A DNA stretch of 64,000 nucleotides from Chloroflexota bacterium (GTDB lineage: Bacteria > Chloroflexota > UBA11872 > VXOZ01): positions 544,001 to 608,000 of the forward strand of contig CAXXVD010000002.1 in NCBI GenBank assembly GCA_963662335.2. Reading direction: 5' to 3'. Below, in pieces: positions 1 to 9,699 of the stretch (position 1 is its first letter; every line of letters begins with the position of its first letter). Below the pieces are notes generated by a model. The model was not told the DNA's origin, did no database searches, and worked only from the letters and a program-made list of their open reading frames with translations. A program made the translations under genes and the position numbers.

Positions 1-18
1 TTCAACGCGTATCTGTAA
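1..18 (+). CDS. 3' end of an upstream gene (…FNAYL*), probably a tandem paralogue of the next hydrolase
   Basis: ttc aac gcg tat ctg taa = FNAYL-stop, identical to the last five residues of CDS 381..1409. Confidence 0.55.
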   Translation, partial: FNAYL

Positions 19-380
19 GGCGGCGCCTCTGGGGGAGGTTGCGGCGCTTCGCGCAGGGCACAACGCGGCGCTGGCGACCGAGCCCAGGTATGCCTCCCCA
101 AAGAGAGTTCTCCGCATACCGTCTCGCTGCCTATGGCGTCAACGGGCACAGCGTCTTTCCCTGATCGGCCGGCCTGTTTTGGCTCGTGCCGTCGTTTAGT
201 CCCGCCCGCACACAGCCCTCTGCCAGGTTGCATGAGAGGCGCTACTGCAGGCTCTTGCTTTACGGCTGGGCTTGGCAGAGAGGTGCGATTGCAGCTATGG
301 ATGAGAATTGGTGCGGTCTGTGGCGGGGTTGAGTAAGCGTATTGTAAGTATTCGGTGTGTTGAAGCAGGAGATGCACCCC

Positions 381-1409
381 ATGAGCGATGTTCTTGATTT
401 CGATTCGTACATCATGGCGTACTACGATAAGCATGCCCCGTTGCTGCGCTTTGCCGGCGAGAGCCGGGATGAGTGGTACACGTGGCAACAGCGCTTGCGC
501 GCCAAGCTGCTCGATCTCATGGAGCCATTCCCCGAGCAGGCGCCGCTGGAGGCGCGGGTCGTCGCGGAGCGGGAGCAGTTTGGCGTGCACTACGAAAAAG
601 TGGTGTACACCACCTCGGAAGACGTGCAGGTACCGGCGTGGCTTTTGATCCCGGATGACGTAGCGCAGCCTGCTCCCGGTATCATCTGCTTGCACGGTCA
701 CGGCTTTGACGGCAAGGATAACGTGGCGCACGTGGACTACGGTGAGGAAGAAAGGGCCCGGACGATCGAACGCGCCAATTATGACTACGGCCTGCAGCTT
801 GCCAAGCGCGGTTATGTGACCCTGTGCCCCGATGCGCGCGGCTTTGGCGAGCGCGGAGAAGACTTTCGGCGCTACGGCAAACGCGACGGCTGTAACGTGA
901 ACGGCATCAAGACCTTCCTCTTCGGGATGAACCTGATGGCGCTCAATACCTGGGACGACATGCGCGGCCTGGACTACCTGGCCAGCCGCCCGGAAGTGGA
1001 TGCGGACCGGCTGGGCTGCATCGGCCTCTCGTTTGGGGGCACGCGCTCCATGTACCTGGCGGCGGTGGACGAGCGCGTGAAAGCGGCTGACGTGGTCTGC
1101 TATCTGACCACGTTCAAGCAGTACGCGCTGAAGCAGGGGAACTTCTGCGGCTCGCAGTTCGTGCCGGGGGTCTTGCGATACGCGGAAGTGGCGGACATCT
1201 GCGGCCTGGTCGCACCGCGGCCGCTGCTGATCGAGTCGGGCATTCATGACGGAGGCTTTCCGATCGAGGCCGCGCGCGAGGCGTACGCCCACCTGGAGCG
1301 CATCTACGCGGCGGCGCAGGTACCGGAAAGCCTCTGGTTGGACGAATTCGACGGCGGGCACCAATTCAGCGGCGCGAAAGCCTTCGACTTCTTCAACGCC
1401 TACCTGTAG
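381..1409 (+). CDS. Alpha/beta hydrolase (dienelactone hydrolase / acetylxylan-esterase-like)
   Basis: Motifs CLHGHG, G-L-S-F-G-G nucleophile elbow, APRPLLIESG..D and C-terminal GGH; AGGAG RBS before ATG 381. Confidence 0.85.
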   Translation: MSDVLDFDSYIMAYYDKHAPLLRFAGESRDEWYTWQQRLRAKLLDLMEPFPEQAPLEARVVAEREQFGVHYEKVVYTTSEDVQVPAWLLIPDDVAQPAPGIICLHGHGFDGKDNVAHVDYGEEERARTIERANYDYGLQLAKRGYVTLCPDARGFGERGEDFRRYGKRDGCNVNGIKTFLFGMNLMALNTWDDMRGLDYLASRPEVDADRLGCIGLSFGGTRSMYLAAVDERVKAADVVCYLTTFKQYALKQGNFCGSQFVPGVLRYAEVADICGLVAPRPLLIESGIHDGGFPIEAAREAYAHLERIYAAAQVPESLWLDEFDGGHQFSGAKAFDFFNAYL

Positions 1410-1672
1410 GACGGAGATCGCGCCAGGCGCAGGCCGCGGGCGTTGTGGTGCAGCCGGTTGCGGCGCACCATCCGGCTGCGGCCGCCCAGACCGAGAATGC
1501 CCGTAGACGCCACCTCGGCGTAGACCGTCTCCTTGCTGGCCGTGTCCACCATGACGGCGCGAACCGTGCCGAGCAAGCGGTTCTTGTCGTCGTACACCCG
1601 CAGGCCGCGCAGGTCCTGGAACTGCGTATCGGGCGTGTCTGCCAACTCTTGCTCGTAGCGGCGGAGCGACAT
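1400..1672 (-). CDS. PRC-barrel domain protein
   Basis: DLRGLRVYDDKNRLLGTVRAVMVD…YAEVASTGILGLG is a typical PRC-barrel pattern; purine-rich RBS before ATG 1672. Confidence 0.7.
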   Translation of the reverse strand: MSLRRYEQELADTPDTQFQDLRGLRVYDDKNRLLGTVRAVMVDTASKETVYAEVASTGILGLGGRSRMVRRNRLHHNARGLRLARSPSYR

Positions 1673-1802
1673 GTCTTTTCCCTTCTTCCTCACTGCTAAT
1701 CGCTCTTCATTCCCTACTTAACACTGTGCCGGGGAAGTGTGAGAGCAACGTGAGAAAGAGTTTGCCGCCAGGTTAAAGCGCGGTGATTGGGCGGAAAGAG
1801 TC

Positions 1803-3113
1803 CTACGCCGGCTGCGCGGCTTCTGCCGCGACCGGCGTCGGTTCCGCCGTGTCGTCCACGCGGAAGATGAACCAGGCGGCAATTGCCATCATGGGCAAGA
1901 AGGCGGCCACGGCGGCCGGGCGGCCCCAGCCGAGGCCGTCGGCAATCAGCGCCCAGAGCAGGGGGCCGATGATGGCGGCAAAGCGCCCCACCATGGCGTA
2001 GAGGCCGTAGAACTGGCCGATGTGCTGCGGCGGCGCCAGGCGCAGCATCAAGGGACGGTCGGCGGCCCACGTGCTGCCGAGCGAGAAGCCGCCAAGCGCC
2101 GCTGCTCCCCAGATGATGTTGGACGTGAGGTTGAAGAAGGGCACGACAATGGCCAGCGTAATGGCTACGGCCCATACCCCGATTACGATTAGCAGCGACG
2201 GCCGCGGCCCAATCCAGTCCACCACGAAGCCCCACGACAACCCGCCCAGCATGGCCGTGGTGATGCCCAGCATGAGCGCCAGTTGCGCCTGCGTCTCGGT
2301 AAAGTCCACTTCGTTCGTCAGGTAGATGCCCATGAAGATGATGAACGTGTTGGCGGCATCGGTATAGAAGACCCGGCCGATGAGAAAGCGCCGCAGGTTT
2401 GGCAGTCTGTCGAGGCGGGCAAGCGTGTTGCGCAAGTCGTGGAGCGTGCGCTTTACGGCCTCGCGGCCCAGGAAGACCGTGCCGGCGCGGGGGTTCTCGC
2501 GCACCCAGAGGAAGCACGGCAGGGCAAACAAGAGAAAGAGCACCGCCGTGAGCTTGAACACCAGCGGTTTGTCGGCGGGGTTTTCCTCAAGAATAGTGAG
2601 CCCCAGCAGGTTGTCCAAGACCATGAGCCCCATCAGCACGCCGATGAAGGAACCCATGTAGCCGATGCCCACGCCAAAGCCGCCCACGCGCCCGCGGTTG
2701 GTCTCGGTGCTCACCACCGGCAGCAGCGAGTCGTAGAAGATTAGGCCGGACTGGTAGAAGGTGTTGGCAACGATGAAGATGACGAGCGCCAGGAAGATTC
2801 CGGTGATGCCCAGCAGCAACGTCGCCGCGCAGCAGATGAGCGTTGAAACGACGAGAAACGGCATCCGGCGGGGGGTCTGATCCGAGAGCGCGCCCAGGAA
2901 CGGCGCGACCAGGAAGACGATGAACATGGAGAGGCTGTTGGCCAGCGCGTAGTCGCTGTCCCTCCCGCCCATGTCGTTCACGACCCACAGCGAGAAGTAG
3001 AGCGACACGATGTTCATCGAGAAGATCGTGTTCGCCAGGTCGTAGAGCACCCAGCTTCCTACCGATAGGAGCCTTGGGCGGTCAGGCGCGGCTGTGGCGG
3101 TTGCGGCGGCCAT
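1803..3113 (-). CDS. MFS transporter (UMF1/Atg22-like)
   Basis: About 12 hydrophobic segments; SWVLYDLANTIF and APFLGALSD motifs; GQFYGLYAMVGRFAAIIGP near the C-terminus. Confidence 0.9.
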   Translation of the reverse strand: MAAATATAAPDRPRLLSVGSWVLYDLANTIFSMNIVSLYFSLWVVNDMGGRDSDYALANSLSMFIVFLVAPFLGALSDQTPRRMPFLVVSTLICCAATLLLGITGIFLALVIFIVANTFYQSGLIFYDSLLPVVSTETNRGRVGGFGVGIGYMGSFIGVLMGLMVLDNLLGLTILEENPADKPLVFKLTAVLFLLFALPCFLWVRENPRAGTVFLGREAVKRTLHDLRNTLARLDRLPNLRRFLIGRVFYTDAANTFIIFMGIYLTNEVDFTETQAQLALMLGITTAMLGGLSWGFVVDWIGPRPSLLIVIGVWAVAITLAIVVPFFNLTSNIIWGAAALGGFSLGSTWAADRPLMLRLAPPQHIGQFYGLYAMVGRFAAIIGPLLWALIADGLGWGRPAAVAAFLPMMAIAAWFIFRVDDTAEPTPVAAEAAQPA

Positions 3114-3323
3114 GGTTGCTTGGCGGCGCTCCTATGGGTAGGCAATCATTCGACTGATGGGTCGGCGGCGGCGCGCGGCGGGAACTCCCTTGCCGCAGAC
3201 ACGCGCACGCGCGGCTGTTGGGAGTATAGCAGGTGCGGCTACGGAATACACGGCGGCAGAACTCTCCGGAGAGCGAGCGCTGTCGGCTGGGCCGCACTGC
3301 GAGCCGCGGGCCTACCCGCCGGC

Positions 3324-4130
3324 TTAAGCGTACGGCGCGTCTAGTTCTTGGAGAATAGACGTAGCGAGAGCCGCCATGCCTTCGACCTGGGACACGTGGC
3401 GGTCGTAGGCGTCCGGAGAGACCCGTGTGTCGATGTATTCGACAGAGAGCGGCCCCGCGTAGCCGCACCGCGTGAGGCCGCGCAGGATGCCGGCAAAGTC
3501 GACACACCCCTGGCCGGGCGGCACGAGGATTTCGTCAAGCGTGTTGCCGGCGTCGCGCAAGTGGACGATGCGCGTGTGCGGAAACGTCGCGGAGAAGTCG
3601 CGGCCCTGCCAGGGGCCGGCGTAGAAGTGCGAAGGGTCCAGGGCAAGGCCGAGGTTCGGCGCGGACTCTGCCAGCCGCACGGCCACTGCCGGTAGTTCAG
3701 TGAGACAGTTGACGTGGGTTTCGAGGCACAGCGTGACGTTATGGCCGGCGGCAATGGCGGCAAGGCGCCGGAGTTCGTCGATTGCCGTATCCAGGGGCGT
3801 GCCGTTGGCGGGCGCATTGATGCAGATCGCGTAAAGTTCGTGAGAGGCGGCCAGGGCGCAAACGGCCGCAGTTTGCTCTGCCAGCGAAACGTCCGCGTTC
3901 CGGTCAAGCCCCACGTTCATGGCGCACAACGTGAGGTTCGCCCGCTCCAATCCGCGCCGGAGGGAAGCGGCGATGCTTTCACCGGAGCGGGCAAGCGCCG
4001 GGGCGCTCCCGTGCGCCCAATTCTGCACGCCCAGATCGACATAACGAAAGCCCAATCGCGCTATGCGCGCGAGTGCCTCGTCCAGCGGTTGTTGTGTGAA
4101 GCAGAGCGTAGAGCAGGCAAGTCTCAGCAT
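3324..4130 (-). CDS. Sugar phosphate isomerase/epimerase (xylose-isomerase-like TIM barrel)
   Basis: Metal-ligand motifs LETH, LDPSH, HLRD and GYAGPLSVEY. Confidence 0.85.
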   Translation of the reverse strand: MLRLACSTLCFTQQPLDEALARIARLGFRYVDLGVQNWAHGSAPALARSGESIAASLRRGLERANLTLCAMNVGLDRNADVSLAEQTAAVCALAASHELYAICINAPANGTPLDTAIDELRRLAAIAAGHNVTLCLETHVNCLTELPAVAVRLAESAPNLGLALDPSHFYAGPWQGRDFSATFPHTRIVHLRDAGNTLDEILVPPGQGCVDFAGILRGLTRCGYAGPLSVEYIDTRVSPDAYDRHVSQVEGMAALATSILQELDAPYA

Positions 4131-4251
4131 GAGCTTGGCGAGATCTCCCGGTCCCGCGCGCTGGGCGCGACCATACCGTCGTACTTAGTCATCGAGTGGC
4201 CCCAGAGCGCGGCGCGCGACAATTGCACTCCCAGGCGCGCGCCTTCCACGG

Positions 4252-5073
4252 CTACGGCGCCCGCGTCGTCGCCGCGCGCATGGCGCGGACGAGGTCGGTG
4301 AGCGCGTCGTAGCGCCGCGCCGCCGGGGTCTCGTCTAGGAGGTTGATCAAGGCGCTGGCGCTGACCACGCCCTCGGCCAACTGAGCGATCGTGGCCACGT
4401 GTTCGGGACGGGAGACGCCGAATCCTACCGCCAGCGGTAGGTCGGTATGCTCCCGCACGCGGGCCAGGAAGTCGGGCAGCGCGGCGGAGAGTTGCTCGCG
4501 CGCGCCGGTGACGCCGGTGAGCGAGACGCAGTAGACGAAGCCGCTGCCCGCTTGGACGTTGGCCCGGATGCGCGACTCGGTGCTGGTGGGCGCGAGGAGC
4601 GGGATGAGGTCGAGGCCGTGGGCACGGGCCAGGCGGGCGAACTCCTGCCCCTCCTCCGGCGGCAAATCGGGAACAATGAAGCCGTCCAGGCCGATTTCCG
4701 CCGCTTCCGCCGCGATGCGCTCCAGGCCGTAGTGCAGAAACGGATTGTAGTAGCCCATGAATACGAGCGGGGTTTCCACGCCATCGTCCCGCAACTCGCG
4801 CACCAGGTTGAGCGCCATGCCTAGGGTCGTGCCCTGGTCGAGGGCGGTTTGCGAGGCGTGCTGGATGGTGGCGCCGTCGGCGAGCGGGTCGGAGAAGGGA
4901 ATGCCGAGTTCTACCACGTCCGTGCCGCCGGCCAGCAGCGCGCGCACGACGTCTTTCGTCTCCGCCGGCGTGGGATAGCCGACGGTGGCAAAGGTGAGCA
5001 GCGCGGCGCGGTTCTCGGCTTTGGCCTGGGCAAAGGCGGCGGCAAGGCGGCTTGTTTGACGAGATTGGCTCAC
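4252..5073 (-). CDS. trpA: Tryptophan synthase alpha chain
   Basis: [35 protein letters not shown]; GTG start overlaps the trpB stop (GTGA). Confidence 0.97.
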   Translation of the reverse strand: MSQSRQTSRLAAAFAQAKAENRAALLTFATVGYPTPAETKDVVRALLAGGTDVVELGIPFSDPLADGATIQHASQTALDQGTTLGMALNLVRELRDDGVETPLVFMGYYNPFLHYGLERIAAEAAEIGLDGFIVPDLPPEEGQEFARLARAHGLDLIPLLAPTSTESRIRANVQAGSGFVYCVSLTGVTGAREQLSAALPDFLARVREHTDLPLAVGFGVSRPEHVATIAQLAEGVVSASALINLLDETPAARRYDALTDLVRAMRAATTRAP

Positions 5074-6269
5074 AGTTCCACCCCCAGTCCCTCGGCCACG
5101 ATGGTCATGTCCTTGTCGCCCCGGCCGGAGAGGTTGACCAGCACAATCTGATCCTGCGGAAGCGCACTGGCCAGTTGCGCGGCGTGGTACATGGCATGGG
5201 CGGGTTCCAAGGCCGGGATGATGCCTTCCGTCCGGCACAGATGTTGAAAGCCTTCCAGGGCCTGCGCGTCCGTTACGCCCACGTATTCCGCGCGCCCCAG
5301 GTCTTTCAAGTAACTGTGCTCGGGGCCGACGCCGGGGTAGTCCAGACCGGCGGAGATGCTATGGGGCTCGTAGATTTGCCCCTCGTCGTCTTGCAGCAAG
5401 TAGCTCTTCGCGCCGTGGAGGGTGCCGGGTGTGCCGGCCACCAGCGTCGCGGCGTGCGCGCCGCTCTCGAGGCCGTGGCCGGCGGCTTCTACCCCGATCA
5501 GGCGCACCTCCGCGTCATCCAGGAAGGGATAGAAAATGCCGATGGCGTTGCTGCCGCCGCCGACACAGGCCACCACCGCATCGGGCAGACGCCCCAGTTG
5601 CGCCAGGCATTGCTCACGAGATTCCCGGCCGATGACGCTTTGCAAGTCGCGCACGATTGTCGGATACGGGTGCGGGCCGACCACCGAGCCGATGATGTAG
5701 TGGGTGGTCTCGACGTTGGTGACCCAATCGCGGATGGTCTCGTTGATGGCGTCTTTGAGCGTGCGGCTGCCGGACATAACTGGAATAACGGTGGCGCCGA
5801 GCAACTTCATGCGGAAGACGTTGAGCGTTTGGCGGTGCACGTCCACCTCGCCCATGTAGACGATGCACTCCAGGCCGAGTTTGGCGCAGGCGGCGGCGGT
5901 GGCCACGCCGTGCTGTCCCGCGCCGGTCTCGGCGATGATGCGGGTGCGGCCGATGCGCTGGGCCAGCAGCGCCTGGCCGAGAGCATTGTTGATCTTGTGC
6001 GCGCCGGTGTGGGCCAGGTCTTCGCGCTTGAGGTAGATTTGCGCGCCGCCGATTTCGTCGCTCAGGCGCGCCGCGTGGTAGAGCGGCGTGGGACGGCCCA
6101 CGTAGTGGTCCAGCAGGACGTCAAGCTCGTGCTGAAACGCGGCGTCCACGCGGAAGCGGGCGTAGGCTTCCTCGAGTTCTTCCAAGGCCGGAATGACCGT
6201 TTCGGGGACGTAGCGGCCGCCGTAGTCGCCGAACTGGCCCCGTACGGTGAGTGGTGGTGTCGTCGCCAT
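5070..6269 (-). CDS. trpB: Tryptophan synthase beta chain
   Basis: [16 protein letters not shown] (PLP lysine), [31 protein letters not shown]. Confidence 0.98.
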   Translation of the reverse strand: MATTPPLTVRGQFGDYGGRYVPETVIPALEELEEAYARFRVDAAFQHELDVLLDHYVGRPTPLYHAARLSDEIGGAQIYLKREDLAHTGAHKINNALGQALLAQRIGRTRIIAETGAGQHGVATAAACAKLGLECIVYMGEVDVHRQTLNVFRMKLLGATVIPVMSGSRTLKDAINETIRDWVTNVETTHYIIGSVVGPHPYPTIVRDLQSVIGRESREQCLAQLGRLPDAVVACVGGGSNAIGIFYPFLDDAEVRLIGVEAAGHGLESGAHAATLVAGTPGTLHGAKSYLLQDDEGQIYEPHSISAGLDYPGVGPEHSYLKDLGRAEYVGVTDAQALEGFQHLCRTEGIIPALEPAHAMYHAAQLASALPQDQIVLVNLSGRGDKDMTIVAEGLGVEL

Positions 6270-6356
6270 GAGTTGGCTCCTGTTCATGTTCTCAATGCGC
6301 TGCCCGGCGCGCGGCGCGCCGCGGCGAAGACGTTTTCAATGCAATTGCGCTCGCGC

Positions 6357-7427
6357 CTAACCGGCAACGGCCTGCGTCGCGAGCAGTTTCGGATAGTCGA
6401 TGTACATGGCGGCGCGGGCGTGGGCCATGGTTGCGCCGCCCACCGCCTGGGTTTGCTCAATGCCGCCGCGCAAGACTTCCGGCACGATGTCCGGGTCCTG
6501 TGCAAAGGCTTCGCGCCGCTCGCGGATGGGGTCGAGCATCCCGTTGAGGGCGGCGACCAGTTTGCGCTTCACCTCCACGTCGCCGACGCGGCCCTTGCGG
6601 TAGCGGTCTTTCAGTTCGTCTACTTCGGCCACGTCCGGGTTGAAGGCGTCGTGGTACATGAAGACCGGGTTGCCCTCCACGTGGCCGGGATCGGTGGCGC
6701 GCAGCCGCGTGGGATCGGTGTACATGCTCATCACCTTCTTCTGCACGGAATCCGCGTCGTCGCTCAGCAGGATGACGTTGCCCAGGCTCTTGCTCATCTT
6801 CGCCTGGCCGTCGGTGCCCATGAGGCGCGGCACCTCGCTCAGGCGGTGGGTGCATTCCAGAAAGACGCGGTCGTAGGTGCGGTTGAACCAGCCGGCGATG
6901 TCGTTGGTGAGTTCCAGCAGCGGCAGTTGGTCTTCGCCCACCGGCACGCAGAGTTCGTCGCCGTCCACGTGGGGCGGCGGCGGCGTGAAGAGCAGCACGT
7001 CGGCGGCCTGGGAAACGGGATAATTGTAGAAGCCGAGGTTGCCGGCGCGCTCGCCGTATTGCGCGCGCTCGCTCTTGATGGTGGGATTGCGCTCGACGTA
7101 GGCCATGGGCGTGAGCATCGAGAAATAGGTGGTGAGTTCGGTCAGGTCTTGAATCTGGCTTTGCAGCACGAAGAAGATGTTGGACTGCTTGGTGGGATCG
7201 AGCCCCACGGCAAGCCAGTCGAGCACCATTTCGCGCACCGATTCGACGATGCGGCGCGGCTCGTCGAAGTGCGTGCTAAAGGCCTGCACGTCGGCGAGCA
7301 GGAAGTAGCATTCGTACTCGCCCTGCATTTCGACCCAGTTGCGCAGCGCGCCGGCGTAATGGCCGAGATGCGCGGCGCCGGTGGTGCGCATGCCGGTGAG
7401 AATGCGTTTTTGGGGTGGTCGCTTCAC
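6357..7427 (-). CDS. trpS: Tryptophan--tRNA ligase
   Basis: HLGH (HIGH-like), YPVSQAADVL, VPVGEDQ and KMSKS motifs. Confidence 0.96.
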   Translation of the reverse strand: MKRPPQKRILTGMRTTGAAHLGHYAGALRNWVEMQGEYECYFLLADVQAFSTHFDEPRRIVESVREMVLDWLAVGLDPTKQSNIFFVLQSQIQDLTELTTYFSMLTPMAYVERNPTIKSERAQYGERAGNLGFYNYPVSQAADVLLFTPPPPHVDGDELCVPVGEDQLPLLELTNDIAGWFNRTYDRVFLECTHRLSEVPRLMGTDGQAKMSKSLGNVILLSDDADSVQKKVMSMYTDPTRLRATDPGHVEGNPVFMYHDAFNPDVAEVDELKDRYRKGRVGDVEVKRKLVAALNGMLDPIRERREAFAQDPDIVPEVLRGGIEQTQAVGGATMAHARAAMYIDYPKLLATQAVAG

Positions 7428-7565
7428 AGTAGTCTGTCCTCCTCGCTTCGGCTCAAGCGATCATGTGATTAGAGGTGCTTCTTCTCGCTGGTGTTTGGTT
7501 GACATCTACATGCGAACGTCTGCGAGGAAACTCCGTCATCAATTTGAAAATGGCGCGGCGGCCTC

Positions 7566-7592
7566 CGTTATTCCCGCGAAAGCGGGAATCCA
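7566..7592. repeat. Palindromic repeat family B (GTYATTCCCGCGAAAGCGGGAATCC, dRS3-like)
   Basis: Related copies at about 8625-8652, 34630-34700, 36836-36916 and 38132-38152. Confidence 0.8.
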
Positions 7593-7647
7593 GCGACCCG
7601 CACGCATACGCGCTGTCCCAGGCGGATGCAAGCTGCCGTGCTGCGCC

Positions 7648-7676
7648 CTAGATTCCTCGCTGCGCTCGGAATGACA
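7648..7676. repeat. Palindromic repeat family A (CTAGATTCCTCGCTGCGCTCGGAATGACA or reverse complement)
   Basis: Copies near 9529/9594, 15174, 16442, 19840/19915, 21706, 25853/25919, 27549/27604 and 29522/29565, often as inverted pairs. Confidence 0.9.
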
Positions 7677-7717
7677 TGTACGGGCATGTGACACATTAGT
7701 TCCAAAGTCCACCTTGC

Positions 7718-7927
7718 CTAGTCTTCCCACCACTCCAGCGACTTACGCTGAAGTTCGAGGGAGGTGTACTGATCGCGATACTCGCGCAATCCACCGGCCC
7801 AGTTCAACCGCAATTTGCCTTTCCGGCGCGGCTTTGCCTTCTTTTCCAGCAGGAATTGCGCAAAGTCATAGACTTCCTGCTGCAACTCCGGCGGCAATTC
7901 CCGCACCAACTCCTCGAGTGTTTTCAT
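7718..7927 (-). CDS. DUF2281-family putative antitoxin (orphan)
   Basis: 69 aa; LPPELQQEVYDFAQFLLEK…LRLNWAGGL…TSLELQ…W fits the DUF2281 pattern; ATGA overlap with trpF; GAGAGGA RBS. Confidence 0.8.
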   Translation of the reverse strand: MKTLEELVRELPPELQQEVYDFAQFLLEKKAKPRRKGKLRLNWAGGLREYRDQYTSLELQRKSLEWWED

Positions 7928-8610
7928 TGTGTTTCCTCTCTCAGTTGCGCAGTATCTCTTGCCCGGCGGATGAATGCCGCAATCTTGTCAGGGTCTTTCC
8001 TGCCGCCGGTTTCCACGCCGCTGCTCACGTCCACGCCCCAGGGCTGCACTTGGGCAACGGCGGCGCCGACATTGTCCGGAGAGAGTCCACCGGCGATGAG
8101 AAATCGACGGTCGCGCGGCACGCCACCGCCCAAGCTCCAATCCCAGGTTTGCCCAGTGCCGCCGGGTCCGTTGTCGGCGCCTTCCAGCACAAAAGCGGTG
8201 GCGTCCGTATATGGGGTCATACGTTCGTAGTCTTCTGCGGAATGCAGGTTGATGACTTTCCAGTGCATCATGCCCAACGCCGCGCAATAGTCGGGAGACT
8301 CCGCGCCGCACAACTGGGCGTATTGGAGCCCACTTACGGCGGCGACATTACGCACGGTTGCTGGGTCTTCGTTGACAAAGAGCCCCACGGCGGGCGGGCA
8401 CGCGGAGCCAAGTTGACGAATGATAGCGCCCGTATCTTCGACGGTCATGCACCGGCGTCTGCCCTTCACAAAGATGAAGCCGAGGAAGTCCGCGCCGTGG
8501 GCTGCGGCGGCTTCCGCGTCGGCCAGCGCCATGAGGCCGCAGATCTTCACTTTGGGCGCATTGGCAATTTGCTCGGTGATCTTCATGTAAGAGCTATAGG
8601 GAAATTTCAT
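7924..8610 (-). CDS. trpF: Phosphoribosylanthranilate isomerase
   Basis: KVKICGL, GADFLGFIF, GGTGQTWDW, AGGLSPDNV, GVDVSSGVE; the start may instead be ATG 8586. Confidence 0.95.
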   Translation of the reverse strand: MKFPYSSYMKITEQIANAPKVKICGLMALADAEAAAAHGADFLGFIFVKGRRRCMTVEDTGAIIRQLGSACPPAVGLFVNEDPATVRNVAAVSGLQYAQLCGAESPDYCAALGMMHWKVINLHSAEDYERMTPYTDATAFVLEGADNGPGGTGQTWDWSLGGGVPRDRRFLIAGGLSPDNVGAAVAQVQPWGVDVSSGVETGGRKDPDKIAAFIRRARDTAQLREETQ

Positions 8611-9452
8611 TCGATTGCCTCACTCTGGATTCCGGCTTTCGCCGGAATGACTGATGAAGGGTTCGCGGAAGAAACTTGTGAGGCGGCTACTAGTTCAGCC
8701 ACTTTTGCCGCCGTGTCAGGAGCCGTAACCAATGCTTCACCGATGAGCATGGCGTCTACGCCCCAGCCGCGCAGCCGCGCCACGTCCGCGGGCGTGTGGA
8801 TGCCGCTTTCGCTAATCACCAGGCGGTCGCTGGGAATGAGCGCGCGGAGCTTGGCCGTGGTCTCCAACGTCGTCTCGAAGGTGTGGAGGTTGCGGTTGTT
8901 GATGCCGATGATTGGCGCGTCCACGTCCAGGGCGCGCGCGGTTTCATCCGCCGTGTGCACTTCCACTATGGCGGCCATGCCCCAGTCCGCCGCGCAGCGC
9001 AGCAAGGCCCGCAGGCGCGGCTGGGGCAATGCGGCCACGATGAGAAGCACCGCGTCGGCCCCCGCCGCGCGGGCCTCTACGACGTGGTATTCGTCTGTCG
9101 TGAAGTCTTTGCGCAACGCGGGCAGGGACGTGGCGGCGCGCGCGGCTCCCAAGTCCGCCAGCGATCCTTGGAAGAACCGCTCGTCGGTGAGCACGGAGAG
9201 GGCGCTAGCGCCGCCGGCTTCATAGGTTTGGGCGAGCGCCGCCGGATCAAGGCCGGGCGCGAAGACGCCTTTGGAGGGTGAGGCGCGCTTGATCTCGGCA
9301 ATCAGGCGAATGCCGTCTTGCCGCAGCGCGGCGGCGAAGTCGCGGGGCGGCTCCGTCGCCTCGGCCCTCTTCACCAGACCCGCAAGCGGAACGGCCGCTT
9401 GCCGCTCTGCCAATTCGCGTTCCTTATGTTCCAAGATGGTGTCCAGAATCAT
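8607..9452 (-). CDS. trpC: Indole-3-glycerol phosphate synthase
   Basis: IAEIKRASPSKG, LSVLTD..FFQGS, LRKDF, GINNRNL, SESGI; C-terminal extension contains a translated repeat. Confidence 0.96.
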   Translation of the reverse strand: MILDTILEHKERELAERQAAVPLAGLVKRAEATEPPRDFAAALRQDGIRLIAEIKRASPSKGVFAPGLDPAALAQTYEAGGASALSVLTDERFFQGSLADLGAARAATSLPALRKDFTTDEYHVVEARAAGADAVLLIVAALPQPRLRALLRCAADWGMAAIVEVHTADETARALDVDAPIIGINNRNLHTFETTLETTAKLRALIPSDRLVISESGIHTPADVARLRGWGVDAMLIGEALVTAPDTAAKVAELVAASQVSSANPSSVIPAKAGIQSEAIE

Positions 9453-9492
9453 GTGTTTTGTTCTTTCACCCTCACCCTCTCCCTCGGGAAGA

Positions 9493-9641
9493 GCTGACAG
9501 GGGTAGGTACTCTATAATCGACTTCACCTGTCATTCCGAACGGAGCGCAGAGGAGTGAGGAATCTAAAGCGCCGCCCTGGAAAATCAGCATCTCTAGATT
9601 CCTCGCTGCGCTCGGAATGACATTTACCTGCCCCTGTCAGC
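9493..9641 (+). mobile_element. MITE-like element, copy 1 (149 bp; TIR GCTGACAGGGG…CCCCTGTCAGC; internal inverted family-A repeats)
   Basis: Terminal IR 16/17 matching; flanked by tcgggaaga/tcggggaga (possible 9-bp TSD); collinear homologues at 25817 and 27530. Confidence 0.8.
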
Positions 9642-9699
9642 TCGGGGAGAGGGGACAAGAGTTGAGCCGCGTTTCTATTAGCCTCATCTAGATACGGCG

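Noticed and set aside
5052-7472. 806-aa plus-strand ORF and other long antisense ORFs (e.g. 11325..12737, 27744..29399, 32758..34536, 44155..46164, 53025..54518)
   Set aside because: Shadow frames opposite clearly identified genes, expected in high-GC DNA; no protein motifs
7381-7733. Small ORFs with CHSERSEES / VIPAKAGIQ / LDSSLRSE peptides (also 9271..9558, 21618..21863, 29176..29502)
   Set aside because: They are translations of the palindromic repeat families, not genes
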